Source: a virus
Strand: one strand, 5' to 3'
DNA: 19,628 nucleotides
Virus genome (UHGV): UHGV-0278008
In this document: one piece after another, positions 15,358 to 19,628 of the stretch
Numbering within the stretch: the stretch's first letter is position 1
How the letters are laid out: the number at the start of each line of letters is the position of its first letter
Program-made: the position numbers and the translations under genes
Notes under the pieces: generated by a model
What the model saw: the letters and a program-made list of their open reading frames with translations, nothing else
What the model was told of the DNA's origin: nothing
The model's database searches: none

Positions 15358-15608
15358 TTAGCACCAGTAAAAACAGGTTGCCACTGGTTAATTTACCCTG
15401 AAAAGTCAGGGTATAACACGAAAGCGCACGGCGAAGCTCTTTCCCTTAGAAGGCTTGTCGTTAGATTTCTTCGAGCGTGCGCTTCCGGTTGTGGCAATCC
15501 GCGAAATGGCGCGGCGGTAAGTATGGCTGGGGTTTCCTCCATTGCTCCAGAAAATGCACCGGGTTGTCAGGTTGACCATACGATTAAGTGACAGCCCCGC
15601 CACAATAC

Positions 15609-15666
15609 CCATGTGTAGTCTTTGGTGGCATCAGTTCTACTCCGTGACTGCTCTGCCACCCTTTTT
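15609..15666 (+). ncRNA. dicF: DicF-like sRNA (3' two-thirds conserved, including terminator)
   Basis: GGTGGCATCAGTTCTACTCCGTGACTGCTCTGCCACCC+TTTTT closely matches recalled DicF 3' region GGCGGUAUCAGUUUUACUCCGUGACUGCUCUGCCGCCCUUUUU; 5' boundary uncertain. Confidence 0.6.
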
Positions 15667-16149
15667 AAAGTGAATTTTGTGATGCGGTGAATGCGGCTAA
15701 GCGCACGCGGAACAGTTAAAACAAGCGGTCTTTTACTGGCGTAACAGACATCAACTAACAATCCGGCGTTAATTGTTAACTGGTTAACGTCACCTGGAGG
15801 CACCAGGCACTGCATCAACAAAGTTCACTTCGGTGATGAAGGGTAAGAGAAAATGTTGAATGTAGCTATTGAAAACCAGAATGGGTGGAATTATAGTGCA
15901 CCTGCACCTCATAAAGCGGGTGCCGGGCGTGGAAACCCGATGATGACTACTGCGCATAACCGCGCTCAGGCGGTTTTTTTATGCGTAATGCACAGCCACA
16001 TTCAGATTATGGTGGGGCGTGCAGGGCAGCCGAAAGGCTGGCCGGTTTCGGTAGTCACCGGTATTTCCACCCCTGTACGTCTCACCACCCTTATGGTCGT
16101 GGAAAGCCTTGGTGGTGAGTTATTTAAACTGACTATCGAGGCTGCCATC

Positions 16150-16707
16150 ATGGCTACTATCCCTGCCCTTTCTCACCCTGACGTAACCATCGAAAATGGA
16201 CGCGCTGTCACTACGTCTATTGCGATCGCTGAGTTCTTTGGTAAACGCCACGAACGAGTGTTGGATAAAATTCGCAATCTGGACTGTTCAGCAAAATTCA
16301 CTGAGCACAATTTTGTGTCGAGCGAATATACCGACTCAACCAGTCGCAAACTCCCAATGTACCAAATCACCAAAAACGGCTTCGTTTTCCTGGTGATGGG
16401 CTTCACCGGCAAAAAAGCCGCTGCATTTAAAGAAGCCTACATCGCTGAGTTCGATCGCATGGAGAAAGAACTGCGCCAGAATAACGCCCCGTCTCCCGAC
16501 AAAATGATTCACGGGGACGGACGTACCATGGTTATCCGTCTCGACGAACACGGCAATATCAAATTCACTGAAACCGTTCCGGACGGCGCAATGGTCTGCA
16601 CCCTGGATACCTTCCAGTTTTACCTGGAGAAACAAGGCTGGACTCTTGTAAACCGGAGCGCAATTAAAAATATGACTGTGGAGCAATTACTAAAAATTCA
16701 TTGTTGA
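16150..16707 (+). CDS. Rha / ORF6N-domain phage regulatory protein (185 aa from ATG 16150; ORF open from 15853)
   Basis: GAGG SD before ATG 16150; ORF6N/Rha-like motif VTTSIAIAEFFGKRHERVLDKIRNL; upstream in-frame region contains a terminator-like hairpin. Confidence 0.6.
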   Translation: MATIPALSHPDVTIENGRAVTTSIAIAEFFGKRHERVLDKIRNLDCSAKFTEHNFVSSEYTDSTSRKLPMYQITKNGFVFLVMGFTGKKAAAFKEAYIAEFDRMEKELRQNNAPSPDKMIHGDGRTMVIRLDEHGNIKFTETVPDGAMVCTLDTFQFYLEKQGWTLVNRSAIKNMTVEQLLKIHC

Positions 16708-16717
16708 GGACGCGATA

Positions 16718-16906
16718 ATGGAAACGTTATTACCAAACGTTAATACGTCTGAAGGGTGTTTTGATATTGGTGTTCTGCTCAGTAACCGGGAGTTTACTGA
16801 AGATGCCATTAAGATGAGAAAATATGAGCCTTATCTTCTCAATGATAATTCCATACTCTCCAGAATTGCCCTTCTTGAACTTGGTATTTTCGGAGAACAT
16901 CAATGA
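16718..16906 (+). CDS. dicB: DicB-like cell-division inhibitor (62 aa)
   Basis: METLLPNVNTSEGCFDIGVLLSNREFTEDAIKMRK... matches recalled DicB N-terminus (MKTLLPNVNTSEGCFEIGV...); GAGGA SD. Confidence 0.8.
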   Translation: METLLPNVNTSEGCFDIGVLLSNREFTEDAIKMRKYEPYLLNDNSILSRIALLELGIFGEHQ

Positions 16907-17091
16907 CTTCAGCATTTGCACTGGTGATGACGGTTTTTCTTATAACGGGTGAATCACAGAATGTGATTACCGGAATTTATGCCAGTAAAGAATCCTGCCT
17001 CCAGGCAAGAGACGAGCAAAAAATTTCTGGTGAATGCCTCCCGTTAAAAAAAGTATCGCTGTACCTGAATAACGAAACACCGGCTGGATAA
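16903..17091 (+). CDS. YdfD-like small protein with N-terminal hydrophobic segment (62 aa)
   Basis: ATGA overlap with dicB-like stop; MTSAFALVMTVFLITGE...; position as ydfD in Qin. Confidence 0.55.
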   Translation: MTSAFALVMTVFLITGESQNVITGIYASKESCLQARDEQKISGECLPLKKVSLYLNNETPAG

Positions 17092-17183
17092 CCCAGCAGC
17101 CGTATTAACGCCATACCCGTTGATTAAGCATGCCAGCAATGGCAGGGGTTCGTACAACCTTAAAATAGTTATGAGGTTTATCC

Positions 17184-19628
17184 ATGAGCACTGATAAAGA
17201 AGAATTTTCGCTATATTGCGAAGCAAAAAATGACAAGGTCAGAAAACGCCTTGGGATTAAAGGGGGTTTTTACTGGACTACAGCAAAAAAATTATCTGTT
17301 GCCATCTCACGGTGCGTTGTTGCAATGGACGATGCTGGATTTGACGAAGAGGATTTCAAAAAAACTGTTCGCGTGAATTTGCCCATTGTTAATGACCTGC
17401 CGCCTGAAGGTGTGTTTGATACCGAATTCTGCAACCGCTATGAAAAAGGCGGGGAAGATGGCATCACAATGATATTTATAGCGCCTTCCCCCTTAGTTCA
17501 GGACAAACCAGCCAGCACTGACAATACCAACGTCAATGGCGAAGACATGGCTGAGATTGAGGATAATATGCTCCTGCCGATTTCCGGTCAGGAACTGCCC
17601 ATTCGCTGGCTTGCGCAACATGGCAGCGAAAAACCGGTAACGCACGTTTCACGGGAAGAACTTCAGGCATTACATATCGCACGAGCTGAAGAACTGCCTG
17701 CTGTTACTGCCCTGGCTATTTCCCACAACACAAAGCTGCTCGACCCGCTGGAGATTCGCGACCTTCACAAACTGGTACGCGACACAGACAAAGTTTTCCC
17801 TAATCCCGTTAATTCCAGTCTGGGGTTAATGACTGCTTTTTTCGAAGCATACCTGGACGCTGACTATACCGATCGAGGTCTGCTGACAAAAGAGTGGATG
17901 AAAGGAAATCGTGTTTTACGCATCAGCCGCACGCCATCCGGCGCTAATGCTGGCGGAGGAATTCTTACCGATCGCGGTGAAGGTTTTGTCCACGATGATG
18001 CGTCAGTGGAACGTGACGTTGCCGCTGGCGTTCTGGCCCGTTCAATGGACATCGATATTTACAATCCACATCCGGCACACGCCAAACGCATTGAAGAAAT
18101 CGTTTCAGAGAATAAGCCGCCCTTTTCTGTTTTTCGTGACAAATTCATCGCCATGCCTGGTCACCTGGATTATTCCCGCGCGATAGTGGTTGCGTCCGTG
18201 AAAGAAGCACCAATTGGTATCGAGGCTACTCCCCACCGTGTTACCGAATATCTGAACAAAGTACTGACCGAAACCGACCATGCCAACCCTGATCCAGAAA
18301 TCGTGGATATTGCCTGCGGTCGCTCCTCTGCTCCAATGCCGCAGCGTGTAACAAAAGAAGGAAAACAGGATGATGAAGAAAAACCGCAGCCATCTGGCGC
18401 AATGGCAGATGAACAGGCAACGACTGAAGCAGTGGAACCGGATACAACTGAACATAATCAGGACACGCAGTCGATGGATGCTCAGCCACAGATAAATTCT
18501 GTTGATGCGAAATATCAGAAACTGCGTGCAGAACTCTATGAAGCCAGGAAAAACATTCCACCCAAAAATCCTGTCGATGCAGATAAATTACTGGCTGCTT
18601 CTCACGGAGAATTTGTTGAAGGGATTAGCGACCCGAATGATCCAAAATGGGTGAAGGGGATTGAAACCCGCGATTCTGTGAACCATAACCAGCAAGAAAC
18701 GGAACAGAAAGGCCATAAAGCGGAACAACACAGTCCAAATGCGCAACAAAACGAGCCAGAAACGAAACAGCCTGAACCAGTAGCGCAACAGGAACCGGAA
18801 AAAGTCTGCACAGCCTGCGGTCAGACCGGCGGCGGCAACTGTCCTGACTGTGGCGCGGTGATGGGCGACGCAACATACCAGGAGACATTCAACGAAGAAA
18901 GCCAGGATGAAGCCCGGGAAAAAGATCCGGAGGAAATGGAAAGTGCCGGACTCCCGAACAAGGAGTGCACCGAAGGCGATCAACATGCCAATGGCAATAA
19001 TGAAACAGGCGAGACAGCAAATCCCTTAATTAAGGTGAACGGTCATCGTGAAATCACATCCACCAGCAGGTTGTGGCACCATCTGATGATTGACCTTGAA
19101 ACAATGGGCAAAAATCCTGATGCGCCAATAGCCTCAATAGGCGCTGTATTTTTCGATCCACAAACCGGAGAGCAGGGGCCTGAATTCAGCAAAATAATTG
19201 ATATGGGTACATGTGGCGGCACTGTAGACATAAGCACCATCGAATGGTGGCTTCAACGCTCTGGCGAAGCCCGTGCCGCCATTTTAGCTGATCGAATACC
19301 GCTTGATGATGCGCTTTTACAATTACGGGAATTTATAGACGAAAACTCCGGTGAGTTTTTTGTTCAGGTCTGGGGAAATGGAGCCAACTTCGACAACGTG
19401 ATTTTACGCCGTTCATATGAACGGCAGGAGATCCCCTGCCCGTGGCGTTACACCAATGATCGCGATGTAAGAACGATGGTCGCTCTGGGGTTGGTGATGG
19501 ATTTCGATGCCCGCAACGTCACCACATTTGAGGGTGAACGCCATAATGCCCTGCACGATGCGCGTTACCAGGCAAAATACGTTTCAGCTATCTGGCAAAA
19601 ACTGTTCCCAAATCAGGCTGATTTTTAA
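17184..19628 (+). CDS. RecE-like protein (exodeoxyribonuclease VIII-like N-terminal region) with C-terminal DEDDh/DnaQ-type 3'-5' exonuclease domain, 814 aa
   Basis: GAGG SD; C-terminal motifs MIDLET (DxE), [15 protein letters not shown] typical of DnaQ-like exonucleases; CxxC...CxxC (CTACGQ...CPDCG); stop is last codon of window. Confidence 0.75.
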   Translation: MSTDKEEFSLYCEAKNDKVRKRLGIKGGFYWTTAKKLSVAISRCVVAMDDAGFDEEDFKKTVRVNLPIVNDLPPEGVFDTEFCNRYEKGGEDGITMIFIAPSPLVQDKPASTDNTNVNGEDMAEIEDNMLLPISGQELPIRWLAQHGSEKPVTHVSREELQALHIARAEELPAVTALAISHNTKLLDPLEIRDLHKLVRDTDKVFPNPVNSSLGLMTAFFEAYLDADYTDRGLLTKEWMKGNRVLRISRTPSGANAGGGILTDRGEGFVHDDASVERDVAAGVLARSMDIDIYNPHPAHAKRIEEIVSENKPPFSVFRDKFIAMPGHLDYSRAIVVASVKEAPIGIEATPHRVTEYLNKVLTETDHANPDPEIVDIACGRSSAPMPQRVTKEGKQDDEEKPQPSGAMADEQATTEAVEPDTTEHNQDTQSMDAQPQINSVDAKYQKLRAELYEARKNIPPKNPVDADKLLAASHGEFVEGISDPNDPKWVKGIETRDSVNHNQQETEQKGHKAEQHSPNAQQNEPETKQPEPVAQQEPEKVCTACGQTGGGNCPDCGAVMGDATYQETFNEESQDEAREKDPEEMESAGLPNKECTEGDQHANGNNETGETANPLIKVNGHREITSTSRLWHHLMIDLETMGKNPDAPIASIGAVFFDPQTGEQGPEFSKIIDMGTCGGTVDISTIEWWLQRSGEARAAILADRIPLDDALLQLREFIDENSGEFFVQVWGNGANFDNVILRRSYERQEIPCPWRYTNDRDVRTMVALGLVMDFDARNVTTFEGERHNALHDARYQAKYVSAIWQKLFPNQADF

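Larger units (their letters stand above)
1..19628. mobile_element. Internal segment of a lambdoid prophage (immunity, replication, nin-like, Q, late cargo, start of lysis cassette); no integrase or att site in window
   Basis: Colinear phage modules: divergent HTH repressor/Cro-like pair, O-like and DnaC-like genes, RusA, Q-like gene followed by intrinsic terminator, tRNA cluster, holin; tight gene packing with ATGA/GTGA start-stop overlaps. Confidence 0.85.

Noticed and set aside
15406-15821. Minus-strand ORFs 15406..15612 and 15567..15821 in the dicF region
   Set aside because: TTG or non-SD starts, overlap with the DicF-like sRNA and the hairpin cluster, and no protein-like features.
15853-16149. 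99-codon N-terminal extension of the Rha-domain ORF (284-aa version)
   Set aside because: Contains a hairpin plus T7 (15958-15980) and lacks recognisable domain features; the SD-supported ATG at 16150 is preferred, but the extension is kept as an open question in the findings.
18105-18986. Minus-strand ORFs antisense to the RecE-like gene
   Set aside because: Embedded in a long well-supported gene; Phe/Leu/Cys-rich antisense artefacts of the Q/E/K-rich coding strand.
1-19628. CRISPR arrays, IS elements, integrase or attachment sites
   Set aside because: No regularly spaced direct repeats, no transposase or integrase-like ORF, and no terminal inverted repeats were seen; the window appears to be internal to the prophage.

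Overview
This 19.6 kb window reads as one contiguous segment of an enterobacterial lambdoid prophage, with E. coli Qin/Rac-like early genes and a Stx-phage-like late-region layout; no stx genes are present. All calls rest on reading the sequence and on recalled family signatures, since no database search could be run. Right to left on the minus strand: Cro-like HTH and YdaT/CII-like genes, an O-like replication gene with internal ori-like iterons, a DnaC-like helicase loader, a nin-like block (DUF1627-like, wHTH, DUF4406, PD-(D/E)XK-like nuclease, hok/mok toxin, DUF968, RusA), a Q-like antiterminator with a tR'-like terminator, then late-operon cargo (small wHTH gene, orphan DNA methyltransferase, three tRNAs, a TerB-like gene plus small membrane ORF, the NanS-p esterase, two small genes) and the 5' part of a phage-21-type holin. 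On the plus strand at the right end: a DicA/RacR-like repressor divergent from the Cro-like gene, then a dicBF-type early-left operon (YdfA-like, DicF-like sRNA, inserted Rha/ORF6N-domain gene, DicB-like, YdfD-like, and an 814-aa RecE-like protein with a DnaQ-type exonuclease C-terminus). The most interesting candidates for undescribed biology are the TerB-like cassette sitting exactly where stxAB lies in Stx phages, the Rha-domain insertion with a structured leader inside the dicF-dicB operon, an AT-rich opposite-strand small gene beside hok, and the DUF4406 and nuclease-like clusters in the nin-like region.
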